DNA from: Eledone cirrhosa
Lineage: Eukaryota
Reading direction: 5' to 3'
Assembly: GCA_964016885.1 (NCBI GenBank)
Contig: OZ024748.1
Coordinates: forward strand, 50,716,001 to 50,780,000
Length of the DNA: 64,000 bases
Numbering within the stretch: the stretch's first letter is position 1; each line of letters opens with the position of its first letter. The translations under genes were made by a program, and so were the position numbers. Below the pieces are notes generated by a model. That model did not search any database, was not told where the DNA came from, and worked only from the letters and a program-made list of their open reading frames with translations. This document shows positions 1 to 15,725 of this stretch, piece after piece.

Positions 1-592
1 AGCACTACCAACACCACCACCACCACCATCAACACCACCACCACCATCACCTCCATCAGCAATACCACCACCGGCGCCACTTCCACCAGCACCGACCACC
101 ACTACCACCACCAACCACCACCAATACCACTACCGTCACCACCACCAACAGCACTACTAACACCTCCACCACCACCAACACGACCACCATCACCTCCATC
201 AGCAACACCGCCACCGGCACCACCAACACCACCAACACCACCAGCACAACCACCAGCACCAGCACCACTACCACCACCACCAACACCACTACCGTCACAA
301 CCACCACCAACACCACTACCACCACCACCACCACCACTACCACCACCACCGACACCACAACCACCAACACTACCACCAGCACCAGCACCACTACCCCCAC
401 CACCAACACCACTACCGTCCCCACCACTACCAACACCACTACCACCACCACCAACACCACCAACACCACTACCGTCACCACCACCACCAACACCACTACC
501 ACCACCACCAACACCACTACCGTCACCACACACCACCACCAACAACAACAACACCACTACCACCACTACCCCCCTCCACCACCACCAGCACC
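1..592. repeat. Degenerate (ACC)n/(ACT/AAC) trinucleotide low-complexity tract
   Basis: Continuous imperfect ACC repeats; the poly-V and poly-G ORFs here are repeat translations. Confidence 0.9.
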
Positions 593-982
593 AATGAAAT
601 CAACAGCGCCAAAGAATAACCTACAAAAAACAGAAAATAATTAAAACAACACAAGTATAAAACTTGAAAAAAGGAGTCTATAAGAGATAAAAGATATATA
701 CACCCAGTTGCATAATTAGATAAAAATTAGAAATAGATGTGTTCTTTCGTTTTCCTTTATTAGATGTTATTATTTAATGAAATACTGTGCATCACGGGAA
801 AAATTAAGCAAAGAAATAATTTATCAAGTAACAATACGATCAGAAACTAAAATATATATCATCGAAGACAAACTATCTTTGTTATACAACCATGTATTCC
901 ATGATTATATGCAATGTTTGCAACATTTGCACATACATATACGCATATACACATATATACATAAATGCAAATTTTGTATTTA

Positions 983-1083
<101 letters not shown>

Positions 1084-1496
1084 TTAAGGATACTATTTAT
1101 GGTTATGTATATACTAAAACCTTTTATAGTTATATATATTTTAAACCCTAAATAGCGAAAGACAGTAATTTATTACTACCTTATTACCAGTAAGATAAAT
1201 AGCTCAATGTAATAACATCAGTTGTTCTACAGAGCAGTTATATACAAATTACATGAATCAAAGTTCTGTTCAAATCATTTATTCGCTTACAATTGTTTCT
1301 TCCAAACCGAGGTTAGGAGTCTTCCGAGCAATTTTTCAATGATTGTTTACATACATGACCTCCTTTCCAACACAAGAGACATACGGAAACATATGTATAT
1401 ATTGATGCACAGTGGGTTGACATCCATTATAATATTTTAGCATGGCAATTTACATTCAAAGATTAAAGTCATATTAACAGAAAACAATATATATAT

Positions 1497-1755
1497 AGAC
1501 ATATTGTTATAATATTGCGAGAAATAATAATAATGCACAGCCACTGTCTGTTTTGGATTGGTTTTCGCTTCTGTATCTTCTATACCTCCATATAAATTTA
1601 TCTGGTAATCAATGTTTCTCATTGATTGACCAACGGTTAAAAATACATACATATATATATATATAGTCTATCAAATTTCTTTCGTCACACATGTGTGACA
1701 TCATCGGGGATACTATTATGTTTTCTCCCGTTGTATTGTAATGTCTACTCCATTT
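1497..1755 (-). mobile_element. Non-coding Penelope-type pLTR fragment (family C) with degenerate hammerhead
   Basis: Homologous by eye to 28829-29120, 22740-22835 and 23270-23472. The minus strand at 1663-1716 reads CCGATGA-tgtcacacatgtgtgac-GAAA. Confidence 0.6.
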
Positions 1756-1772
1756 TTTTCATTTTATTTTAT

Positions 1773-1805
<33 letters not shown>

Positions 1806-2320
1806 TTGTGAGTGTGTGTGAGTGTATGTATATGTGTGTGAGTGTATGTATATGTGTGTATGTGTATATCCGCATGTGGTTGACGGTTGAGAGAAAGGAG
1901 TACTTAAAATGAATATTAAATCTCTCCTGAAGTAGAGATTTAATATTCATTTTAAGGAGTTTCACTTGTTTATTACTGGGTCGAAATTATTTTCCATTTC
2001 GTCTTGTTTTCGTTCGTTGTCTTGTCCTGTTTTTCATTACTAACCTGTGACGAGCGTGTTTTCTCTTCTCCATTGGCTGATTGGCTGATGGATTTAAAGA
2101 TTGGCGATTCTTTGAAAAAATGACCTCCAGCCATTCAAATCACTACCTTCCCTTACCACTAGAAAATGTATAAATACCACCACATTACATTGGCATGTCG
2201 ACTCTCCTTATGATTTCCTTCGAAGGAAACAGTTCTAGTCCAGTATAAGCGATTTCGATTTTTCAAATGTATACTCTGCTATTTATTGAGTGCCTTGCTT
2301 ACTGTGGTTACCCTGGACAC

Positions 2321-2579
<259 letters not shown>

Positions 2580-2623
2580 ATATAACGGTTGCAACGTTTT
2601 TTGTAATATTCACTTCTGCGTTC

Positions 2624-2699
2624 ACAGATTGAATTTGTTAGTTTCAGAAGATCCCGTTAAGGGTGAAAGCAGCGATTCTTTGCTTAAACTTTAATCTGT
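2624..2699 (+). ncRNA. Type I hammerhead-like motif (family D, core CAGAAGA)
   Basis: Stem I acagatt..agttt/aaact..aatctgt; core CAGAAGA at 2645; stem II ccc-gttaa-ggg; GAAA; stem III gca/tgc; CUU triplet. The same sequence recurs at 19457-19599 and 37090-37135. Confidence 0.55.
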
Positions 2700-3259
2700 T
2701 ATTTTAATAAATATATATATATATATATAAACGGAAAAAATGAAACGAAATTTCATTTCTCACTCTTAGTACGGCTGTAACTTAAATATAAGTATGTACA
2801 CGTACATACATATATGTATACAGACGTACAGTAGTATGTATATATATATACATACATGCACACATATATATATGTACGTATGGATTCACCGAATATTTAT
2901 TATAATGCTCGGTGTGTTTGTAAACAAACATCCCGTATTAAGCCGTAGTGTCCAGCAACCATCGTTGCTCGTTTGTTCAACACTGACAAAGGAACGCTGC
3001 ACTAGTTTCAAGCTTATTAGCTATCGTCAGCAACGTATACCATCCTGCCAGATTGTTGAACGTATATACTTACCTTATACATATTAACGGGTGATATATA
3101 TATATATCAGAAAGTAAGGAGCTTCATCTCATTTGTTTACGATAGAAACGTACTTTAAATAGAATATTTACGGAAAATAGGGGACTAGTGCCCTATTATT
3201 TAGACTATAATAAAAAATGTTGATAAAGATACTGACTTTCACATACGTTCACAAACGCT

Positions 3260-3343
<84 letters not shown>

Positions 3344-3762
3344 TATGTATACCATATATATATATGTATATATATATATATGGTATACATACACATATAT
3401 CTACATATATATATATATATCATCATCATCATTATCATTTTACGTCCACTTTTCTATGCTTGAAAGGAATATTGTAACATGAAATAATTAATTTCGATTA
3501 ACTGAGATTTTCCGTGTAATTAGAAGATAGAATCTCCGATTTATAAATATACATAAATGTAATACACGTATTAGCACCTGAAGAAAAGTCACTATTTTCA
3601 TGTCCCTGATTTTCTGGAGGTATGTTCAAATGTGGACCATGAAATATAGGGTAGCTCTTTTGTTCCCTGTATGAGCTTAAATAAATAATATAATATATTT
3701 CTTCTGTCCTCCCAATTGAACACAGTTTTCCCTTTTTCCTTTTCACATCTACACACACACAT

Positions 3763-3796
<34 letters not shown>

Positions 3797-3843
3797 GCAT
3801 ATATGTGTGTATATATAGACATACATATACATGCATATATATG

Positions 3844-3880
<37 letters not shown>

Positions 3881-4420
3881 TTATATACATGTATATATAT
3901 ACACACACACACACAAATTCACACACATATATATATATGTTTATATATATATACATATATAAGTTTATATATATATATACATATATACATAAACACACAT
4001 ACACACACATATATATATATATATATATAAATATATATATGCATACAAAGCTGTATATATAATACATAACAAATACAAAAAAGCAAATGTAAATATAAAT
4101 ACAAAAGAAAACCAAACAAATACGTATTCCATACACTAAAATCCATTAATATCTTAGCACAAAATGCCTGTAGCACCATCGACTATTCAGATTGCCTGCG
4201 TGCAGGAGTATATATTTATATGTGGGTGTTTGTGTTTGAGTTTGTGTATTTTAGTAAGTCTGTGTATATGTATATTCACCTAAATTTAGGACACAATGCA
4301 CGAAACGTCGGATGACCACAATTCGCCACGATTTTCTATTGCCTGTAAAATTCCGGAGAAACGTATATTGTATTAATAAGTCCGGGGATGCATATATCTA
4401 TATTTTTTTGATAGTGTGTT

Positions 4421-4468
<48 letters not shown>

Positions 4469-5157
4469 TGTATGCCTGTGTATCTGTGTGTGTGTATGCC
4501 TGTGTATCTGTGTGTGTGGGGGGGGGGGTATCTGTGTGTGTGTGTGTGTGATTTTTCCTGTTTGTTGTATTTAGTATAAGTGTCATGCTAACATTTGTAT
4601 ACGTGAGTGTGATTTGGACTCAAGTAATGAAAATATGGGAAAAAAGAAATACAGTAATGAATGACTGAATGAATGATGGAAGAAAGAAAGGGGAAAGGAA
4701 AGAAGGAAGGAAGTATGGATGTAAGGAAGGAAGGCGGAAGGTGAATTAGGAAAGATAGGACATTCTCGTTGATAAACCTGTTCAAACAGGCCAAGCGTAC
4801 CAGGATTTCCTTGCGGCTATACTTGCAGAAGGGAAGTATATACCAAAAAAATGTAATAATCGGAAAGAACGAAAGATATAAGAAACAAGAAAATAAGTAA
4901 TATATATATATATATAGAAATTAATTGTCATAAGAAAAACTAACTTTTTTTTTCTGTCTTACACACCAATACTCATCATATCACGTTTTACTTCCCCTCC
5001 CTTCCCCCGGACACTATATGTGAAGATATATATATATATATGTATGTCTGTGCGTGGGTGGGTGTGTGTATATGTGTGCGTGTGCGCGCGCGCGTGTGCA
5101 TGTGTAGATATATGTGTTGGTATACCATATATATATATATGAAATTATAAGTTTGAA

Positions 5158-5212
<55 letters not shown>

Positions 5213-5560
5213 CATACACACACACATATACACACACACATATATATAAGTATGTATGTATATATATATATATATATATATAGACACATATCATATAAAT
5301 CATATACGTATATGCATTTAATTACATTCATATACACATTAAGGTAATCTTATATAAGCATATATATATAATTGCGTGTGTGTGTGTGTGTGTGTTTGTG
5401 TGTGTGTGTATGTATGTGTATTCCAAACGGGAAGCCAGAAGAATGATGAGTCTGCAAGTTCAGGAAAGTAATATTGGTTATCTAATTAGGTTATTGCTTG
5501 TTCGATTCCCCAGTTGTAAATTACTTGTGCAGTAAGGTATGGCGTTCATAATTAGGAACA

Positions 5561-5697
5561 TTTTGCGGCCCTTGCCATTCTGTGTTCAAATCTCGCCGAG
5601 GTTAACTTTGCCTTTCATCCTTACAGGGTCGATAAAATAAAGTACCAGTAATGTACTGGATAATTGCTGGCCTTGTGCCAATAGTAGAAACAATTAT
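5561..5697 (+). mobile_element. tRNA-derived SINE family 1 (Meta-domain-like), 5'-truncated
   Basis: gttcaaatc B-box followed by gaggttaactttgcctttcatcctt..gggtcgataaaataaagtaccag..ggccttgtgcc..agaaacaattatt, shared with more than 10 copies in the window. Confidence 0.8.
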
Positions 5698-5778
5698 TGT
5701 GAATAATGATAACATTACTAATTATATCTACTACTACCTCTACTAAATTTATTTACTACTTTACTACGACATTGTTAA

Positions 5779-6130
5779 GGCGTATAGCTTAGTGGTTGAA
5801 GCGTTGGGCTGACAATCGTGATGTTGTGACGTGATTTCGATTCCCGGACCGGGCTGTGAGTTGTATATTCGAGCATGCCACTTTATTTCTCATTACTTCA
5901 GTTCACTGAGCTGTCGAAATGAATTGTGGCCGCACTGACGCCAAGCTGTGTCATCATTTGCTTTTCCTTTGGACTAATATCGTTGGCGTTGAGAGGGGCG
6001 ACTCGTATGCATGGGTGACTGCTATTCTTCCACAAAAATGCAGTGCCTGGAATTGTACCTCAGAGGGCAACTTTCTAGTTGCAAATCCTATGGTAATTTT
6101 TGACCAGAGGGGATCTTTACTTTTATTACT
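5779..6130 (+). mobile_element. tRNA-derived SINE family 2 (CORE-like central domain)
   Basis: tRNA-like head (tagcttagtggtt A-box, ttcgattccc B-box), then gagcatgccactttatttc..ttcactgagctg shared with 19748, 40170 and 43445; ends in a tttac-type tail. Confidence 0.65.
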
Positions 6131-6589
6131 ACAAGTCAACGAGAAATTTTTACATGGCCACTTGATTTGCAAGGATGAGATCTATCTAGAATCTTGTATT
6201 ATGCCTGTAATTAAGATGCCAAGGTCATGGACTGATCTCGCTTGATTATAGGTTACACAACAACAGACAAAATAAATGTTTTAGCATACATAGGTATGCC
6301 AACATATATACCTACATCGAATGGTATAGTCTCGTAAATCGTGGGAGAGTCGTAGGGGCACTACATTGACAAAAGGCGTTTCTAGGGCATTTCTTTTAAC
6401 GTGCAGAAGCCATATCCTCTCCATGCCTGAATACAACAGATACCTTCTAGAGAACGACAGTGAGACACGAATTGAAAAAGAGATATGAAAAATTCACTTC
6501 ATTACTAGACTGGTACTTTTTTATTAATCTCAATTGGACGAGAGGCAAAGTTGACCTGTCTGGCGTTATAAGGCCACCTTACCTACATA

Positions 6590-6775
6590 TAATTGTTTCT
6601 ACTTTTGGCACAAGACCAGCAATTATTATTCCACTGCATTATTAGTTCTTTATTTGATCAACCCCGAAAGGATGAAAGGCAAAGTTAACCTTGGGCGGAT
6701 TTGAACTCAGACCGTAAAGGGCCGTAACTGTATGCTACTAAGCATGGTGTCCGACTCTCTACCGATATTGCCACA
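6590..6775 (-). mobile_element. SINE family 1 copy
   Basis: Reverse complement of the family 1 consensus (ggcacaagaccagcaatt..ggatgaaaggcaaagttaacc..ttgaactcag). Confidence 0.8.
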
Positions 6776-8062
6776 TATCAAAATATCTTAATACCCAAGC
6801 TGGACGTCTATTGCAGCTGGATGGCTATTGCAGTGAGTGAGCAAATATTTATAGGCATATATATCTATATAATAGTTGAAAATATTAAAGCACAGAGTTT
6901 ATAACCTCAGAAGACCATGCGCGTAAGTGTAAGGCTTCCATAAATTGAGTTAGTGTAGATCCACCCGCTCAGGGGGCTGGTGTTCTGCGTGTGATGTTTT
7001 GAGGACGTTAACAAGCACTCCTAAAGTGTGGAAGAGGCGTAACAATCTCACTTTGTTATATATAATCGCCAACAAAATGATTTATTCAGGTGTGAATCCA
7101 AAGGCTAGCCAACACAACATTGTCTAATTTCGTTGTTATGTAATTATACAAAATTTACAGATAGAGATTTCTCGCGGTAATTTTCTATTATGTCGCACAT
7201 ATATAGCCAATCCTAATGGATTTATTGTCGTAAATAAGCTTGTAATTTCGAAGGATCAAGGAAGGTTTCTGACGAACTTGGGCACTTTACTGCTACATGC
7301 ATTTACAATAATATCATAGTGCTGATTGACATAGACTTTTCTATAAACATTATCTCAACACCCTTCAACAAAGAACATTTTAAACGGTTACTGAGGAAAA
7401 TGGAAGACGTAATGATGGAAACTTCTACTGTTCAACATAGATATACACAGTATGGCTATTGAATATTTTACTTTTTATTCTTGTAAATATCATTCACTAC
7501 TATCTACTCTTCAGGATAACTAATTTAAAATTCAGTAAGTACAATTGATTTCAACATAAACTCTCTAAAGATATCAAACATGTTAAATCTAATCAACTAA
7601 TACATTTTTTTTTATCTTAAAAAAACAAATATATGGAGTAGAATGGTATAGACGTAAGCAATTCACAAGTATCAGAAAACATGTGTGGACTCATATAATG
7701 TTGAACGACTAAAAATAATAGGAATATAGATTAGTTAGCCAAAGCGGGAAACATTTTTATCACATTTTAAGCCCAATTGTACAGTGCTAGGCCCCAATAG
7801 AAAAGTAAGAATATATTAAAGGACATAAATTCGTAAACTAAGAAACAACACTGTTTTACTACAGCAGAACAACAGCACACCTTTAATATCAGAATTTCTA
7901 ACGTATAACACTATATAGCTATATTTGATAAGGCTGACCCTTAATGCAACAAATCAGTCCTAGAAAACAACATTAATGATAAGATATATTATAATACCCA
8001 TAACTACTTAACCAAACGCTACTGTAAACACCTCCACATTATCATTAAATGTTAAAAGTAAT

Positions 8063-8252
8063 GCGGTGGATTGGCAGTATCGGTAGAGGGTCGGATGCCA
8101 AGCTTTGACGCATAGAGTTACGGCTCTTGCCATTCTGAGTTCAAATCCCGCCGAGGTTAACTTTCACTTTCATCCTTACGGGGTCGATAAAATAAAGTAC
8201 CAGTAATGCACTGGTATAATTGCCGGCCTTGTGCCAAAAGTAGAAACAATTA
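8063..8252 (+). mobile_element. SINE family 1, full-length copy
   Basis: gcggtggattggcagtatcggtagagg head, gagttcaaatccc B-box, conserved central domain and 3' end. Confidence 0.85.
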
Positions 8253-8716
8253 AATGTTAAAAGTAATATAAGTAAAAGGTACATGTATGTTGTAAATATG
8301 CATTTCCTACCACAACACAGATATATTAAATTCAGCAACTACTGTACACTTAGCCTATAAAAACTGTTGTACGCTACGTCTCGCAGTAATAACATAAACA
8401 CATGTCAAAAAAAGTGTTCTCTTTCTACACAGAAAAGCATAAGCGGCAGACATTAGCTTCAGAAATTTAGCTTGTAATTTAGCTTACAGAGTGAATATAA
8501 ATGTCTTCGATTGTATAATATACATGCTTACGTGTATAAATATTAATTATTTTACTAAATACGTCGAGGGTCCTTCAATCTCAAGAAGCCAGCAACAACC
8601 GAAATTTCGAAGTCACTTTGACATAGATATAGATATACATGTACTCATAAGTATACATATACATATACATACATACACACACATTCAAACATACAAGCCC
8701 CCCGCCCTCTCCTCCC

Positions 8717-8773
<57 letters not shown>

Positions 8774-8814
8774 GGGTTGTATATATATATATATATATAT
8801 AAATGAAAGTATAG

Positions 8815-8850
8815 AAATTATTGTGAGCGTGAAGCCAACAGTATTTCATA

Positions 8851-8890
<40 letters not shown>

Positions 8891-8926
8891 TATGAAGTAC
8901 TGTTGGCTTCACGCTCACAATAATTT
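8815..8926. repeat. Fold-back inverted repeat with a (TA)n loop
   Basis: aaattattgtgagcgtgaagccaacagtatttcataatataaatat (8815-8860) is the reverse complement of 8881-8926 with one mismatch. Confidence 0.9.
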
Positions 8927-9084
8927 ATATATATATATATATATATATATGTAGATAAATCTACCAAGAGTTTACGGTAGTGTCCAATCCGTATGAAGAA
9001 CTCAATGTATTCCGGATATCATGGAAAGAAGAGATGTAATGAAAATCCACTTTCGGTGAAAGATAAACGGTATACAGAGTCAAG

Positions 9085-10062
9085 ATAAAATATTAAACAA
9101 ATAATGAACAAACAATTCCTTATATTAAACAAAAAAAGTTCACTATTTAACGATCGTTTCTAGGGTATATATGTGTTATAATTGGTATGCATATTTAACA
9201 GATCTATGTACAAAATTATACAAAATTATACAAATTATCAAGATTAAATATACATACCTAACTCATATATACGCCGTCTTCAGAAATAATGAAGTATATT
9301 TATTGATAATAACAACAATTCAAAATATCAGTTCAAAATTGACCAATGAAAACACAAAGGGTTAAAAGCAGTTTGGTGTGTGTATATACATGTAAAAACC
9401 TTACACATATTTTACAATAATGTGTGTATAATTTGTATGTGCATACTAAAAAGATGGATGCAAACACAAAATTTCAAGGTTAATATCTCTGTAAGCTTAA
9501 TGCGCTGATAAGATACGCAATGATACTTATGGAGTCAAGCATATAAATATATTTTTTTCATACTCACACATATCAGTATAATCACACATACATGTGCGTA
9601 TATGCATAAATATACACATAACCACGAACATACAAACACACACACTCCCCCACTCACATTTATATATGTGGATATAAAATCATAAGCAAATAGAAATTAA
9701 GTCACTCACATAAAAACACTGGCACACACATTTCAAGATCAAGATACAGAAATTAGGTGGGAGGGGGGGGGGAGGGGTCAGTATTAGATTGTCAGACCAG
9801 ACTGCCTAATATAAATGTATCTATAAATTAAGAAAAATAAAAAAATAAAAACAATAAAATATAATAAATATAATATAATGTACATACACATACAGATATA
9901 CATACACATACATACATGTACGCGCACATAGAGATATCTACACATACATACATACACACATACCTATACAGTCATACACACACATACATTTACACGAACA
10001 TACACATACACATATAAAAAGATATAAATACACACACACTCACGCGCAATACATACACACAT

Positions 10063-10106
<44 letters not shown>

Positions 10107-10122
10107 ACACACACATAGACTC

Positions 10123-10154
<32 letters not shown>

Positions 10155-10212
10155 ATATAAACATATATATCCACACACTCATACCACCATAAATACACAT
10201 ACAAACACCCAC

Positions 10213-10248
<36 letters not shown>

Positions 10249-10457
10249 ACATACACACACGTACACATATATATATATATACATATATACACATACATAT
10301 ATATATATACACACACATAAAAAACAGACATGCACATATATATATATATATATATATATATTTCATTACTCTTATATATATACATAGTATATATACATAC
10401 ACAACCTCACTTATACACATATACACATAAGTTATATTACAATAATAATAAAGAATA

Positions 10458-10518
<61 letters not shown>

Positions 10519-10611
10519 TACATACATACACATACATACATACACATAAATATATACATACATAAATACACACATACGAAAAGACATATATTCACACATA
10601 GACACCTATAT

Positions 10612-10624
<13 letters not shown>
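9085..10624. repeat. 3' pLTR/UTR arm of the long inverted repeat
   Basis: Reverse complement of 13998-15535; the ORF track gives identical mirrored peptides (9171..9365 + and 15255..15449 -). Confidence 0.95.
9139..9293 (-). ncRNA. Type I hammerhead ribozyme in the Penelope 3' pLTR
   Basis: Stem I ttcattattt/aaatagtgaa; CTGAAGA; long stem II (gtatatatg/catatatac, ggtatgtatatttaa/ttaaatatgcatacc); GAAAC-GATC-GTT, a palindromic minimal stem III. Confidence 0.8.
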
Positions 10625-10643
<19 letters not shown>

Positions 10644-10644
10644 C

Positions 10645-10692
<48 letters not shown>

Positions 10693-12230
10693 CACACACA
10701 CACACACACACAGACACACATACACACTCACATATATATATATATATATGTGTGTATGTGAGTGTGCGCAAATACACATATATATACACACACACATACA
10801 AACACACACAAACACATACATATGTATACGTGCACACACACACACATATATCACATAGATACGAAGATAAACATATAAATAGAGAGACATACAAATATAT
10901 ACAGAACCCATATACACATACATACAAACACGCATATACATATACATACATATATACACATATATATATTCCTATATACAAGCATACACATACATACACA
11001 TATATACATATACATACACATATACATACCACACATTCACATACACATACATATATAATACATATATATATACATATATATACATACATATGTATGTACG
11101 ATCATATATACACACTCAATCTTACATTCATATTTACATGCTCATATATGTATTTTTATATTTAGAAATAAATACCAAAACCTATATAGACACCCACCTA
11201 CACATATATTCATACATATACGCTTACAAAAACAGATGATAATAGTATGGGGGAAAGGGGGGGTTTGGAGAAGGGGATCAAAGTAAATATATGTTTCAAG
11301 AAACATATAATATTTTCCGTATCTTAATTCAATGTATGTTCTTACATATTTTCAGTGCTAGGAAATACGAAATCTATGCATCTCAAAATAAAAAAGTATA
11401 CCATTAATCATATGTTAACTAAACCAAAGATAGTCAACATATTGATTTCCAAGGTGTAAATTAGTTAGGTTTATAATATTTGAAGCAGAATTATGAAGTC
11501 AAACAGTAGTAGATTATTAATTACATTATAACTAAATTAAAGTTAATAACGTTATGGTATCAATATTAGGAGATGAATTTAGTAATAGGGAAAAGAAACC
11601 CAAATAAAAATAAAATAAAGTATTACATCGGTAGTAGCATATAAATTATATGTTAACTAAATTAAAAATTATATATTTATTTCAATAGTATACGTTAATT
11701 AGTATATGTTAATTAGGTATACAATACATAAAGCAGATATTGTATTTCATCAATAGCATAATATAATTATATGCAAATAAAAATCAAAATTAATACGCAT
11801 ACATATACATATACATACACATACACATACATATACATATACACACATATATATATATATATACATATATATACACATATATACATATATACTCACATAA
11901 ATATACATACAGATACACATACAACACACACATATACATATACATATAGATATACATATCTTTTTCAAAAAATTGCACAGAATATATTAACTAGGTATAT
12001 ATCCAAAACACATTCCATTCTATGATTACATGACATTCTGCAATTCGTCTGTACAAGGATACTAATTTTAAGCAAATTAAAATTAAAGTTTTAGGTTGAT
12101 TAAAACTAAAACCAAATAATAAATATATTTCCAAAATGTATATTAATTAGGTCTATAATACTAAAAATTCTTTCTCCGTCATTGGATATATGATATTATT
12201 TTGTTATATTTTATCTGTAAAAGAATTATA

Positions 12231-12265
<35 letters not shown>

Positions 12266-12453
12266 ATAATAAAAGGTTAAAATAAATTAAAATTAATCTA
12301 TAAATTAAATTACTGAGTATATATTAGTAATATTTAAAGGTTTTTCAAAATTTATGATTACATAATATTTTCTCATCTGTAATAAAATATTAATTAAATT
12401 AAATTTATAGGTTAACTAACATTTAAATTAAATTAAATTCTAGAATAATGTTA

Positions 12454-13980
12454 TTAATTAGGTTTATAATATTTAAATGTTTTTTTTAGTTTATGATTAC
12501 ACGATATAATTAATTCCTGTCTTTTATTTAATAAGATATCCCTAGACTTCATTATTTCAAATAGTTCTTGGGAACATAATCTACATTCCTTTCTATTATT
12601 TTGATAAGGGGTGGCTCTTTTGAGCACACTCCAGGTCAAATCATATTTTATATTTTTATTTTTATAAATATTGATTTTTTCTGCTAGAGATGTTGTATTA
12701 GCCAGTGCGGCATTTTTAAAGCTATGTTTGTGGGTATTATACCTTGTCTTAAAATTGTTAGAGGTAGCTCCTATATATGAGCAAATAGAATCTTTAGTTT
12801 TAACATTACATTTATAGACTATGTTGTTAACAAGACAATTCCCTTTTAATGGGCAGTTTGTTTTGTTTCTACAGTTACATCCTTTCGTTAATTCTGTATT
12901 TGAGGAGATATTATTGTTAATTTGATGTACTGGTGGTATACTTATGGTTTTCTTACATTTATATGCATTATATGCACTTATATTTTGTTTTATGTTATTT
13001 GTTGTAGAGTATGAGAATTTAACTGTAGACCTATTTAAGATTTGATGGTATTTGTGGTTTGGCGGGAAGTTTTTCACAAGGATATAAAAAAATTTTTTAG
13101 CAATATTATCCTTAACTTGTAAATTAAAAGGAGCATTATACCAAGTAACTCGTCTATTACGGTTTCTATGTTGTTTATTATTTTTATTATTTTTATATGT
13201 TGTATCATGATTTTTACTAGGAGGATTAATGTTAATGATCTCACCACAACTATTTTTAGTTATATTTGTAGATTTAGGTGTTTTATCTTTTTTATTAGGA
13301 GTTTTATTATTAATATTTATTATAGTTGTATGATGAGTAGTTTTTTGAGGGTTACTATACTTTATATTAGAAGATTTAGTATTTTGGGGTATACTGTGGG
13401 TGGCATTTAGGTGTGTACTTTTCATTTGGTGTTTGTTGGTAATATTATGCTGTATGCTTTCAGTATTTTTAGTAGAAGGTATATACTCTAATCTATTTTT
13501 GTGGCCACTTCTATCTAGAGCTTCATTATAAAAGGTCGCATTTTTATCAAATACATCTTGGTTAGAAGAAAGGTTAGAAATTCTAAGTGATATATTATAT
13601 GCAAGGTTTTTAAGGATAGATTTAGGGTGATTAGATTGTGAGTGTATGTAATGTAAGTTTTGGTTAGGTTTATGGTAAGGTTGGTATATACCCGTAGCTA
13701 AATCTAAAGTTATATCTAGGAAATTTACTACTTTACTTGTTTTTTCAAAAGTAATATTAAGATTATAATAGTCTTTAAGGAAAGTTCTAATATGCTTTTT
13801 GTTTTTTTCGATTTCTGAAAGGCTAAGGTTGTTAGAAAGAAGAAGACAGTCATCACGATATAAACCACCTTTGAGGTGGGGAAAAGAGGCATTTATGTTG
13901 AAAAGGAGAAAGAGGCCCACAAGATCAGTAATTTGGGCGGAATCGCTTGAACCCATAGTAATATCAAAAAGATTACTGTA
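12454..13980 (-). CDS. Penelope-like (Naiad-type) reverse transcriptase C-terminal half plus GIY-YIG endonuclease, 5'-truncated
   Basis: Motifs FDITMGSSDSAQ, GLYRDDCL (catalytic YxDD), VNFLDITLDL, YIHSQSNHP, CNCxxxxxCPLxGNCL, NIVYKC..SYIGAT (GIY-YIG), FKTRYNTH and CRLCSQE. The frame is open for 500 codons from Met 13956, with homology a few codons further upstream. Confidence 0.92.
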   Translation of the reverse strand, partial: YSNLFDITMGSSDSAQITDLVGLFLLFNINASFPHLKGGLYRDDCLLLSNNLSLSEIEKNKKHIRTFLKDYYNLNITFEKTSKVVNFLDITLDLATGIYQPYHKPNQNLHYIHSQSNHPKSILKNLAYNISLRISNLSSNQDVFDKNATFYNEALDRSGHKNRLEYIPSTKNTESIQHNITNKHQMKSTHLNATHSIPQNTKSSNIKYSNPQKTTHHTTIININNKTPNKKDKTPKSTNITKNSCGEIININPPSKNHDTTYKNNKNNKQHRNRNRRVTWYNAPFNLQVKDNIAKKFFYILVKNFPPNHKYHQILNRSTVKFSYSTTNNIKQNISAYNAYKCKKTISIPPVHQINNNISSNTELTKGCNCRNKTNCPLKGNCLVNNIVYKCNVKTKDSICSYIGATSNNFKTRYNTHKHSFKNAALANTTSLAEKINIYKNKNIKYDLTWSVLKRATPYQNNRKECRLCSQELFEIMKSRDILLNKRQELIISCNHKLKKTFKYYKPN

Positions 13981-13997
13981 TGTGTTTCATATATATT

Positions 13998-15695
<1,698 letters not shown>

Positions 15696-15725
15696 TACGT
15701 ACATACGTCATGCATACATACATAC

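Noticed and set aside
8063-8155. tRNA genes at SINE heads
   Set aside because: Only A/B-box-like remnants are present; there is no complete cloverleaf and each continues into a SINE body.
12454-13990. Selenocysteine recoding or SECIS, reported for some Naiad elements
   Set aside because: No in-frame TGA lies in the retained ORF, the cysteine motifs are ordinary Cys, the TGA near 13988 lies at the truncation junction, and no SECIS could be identified by eye.
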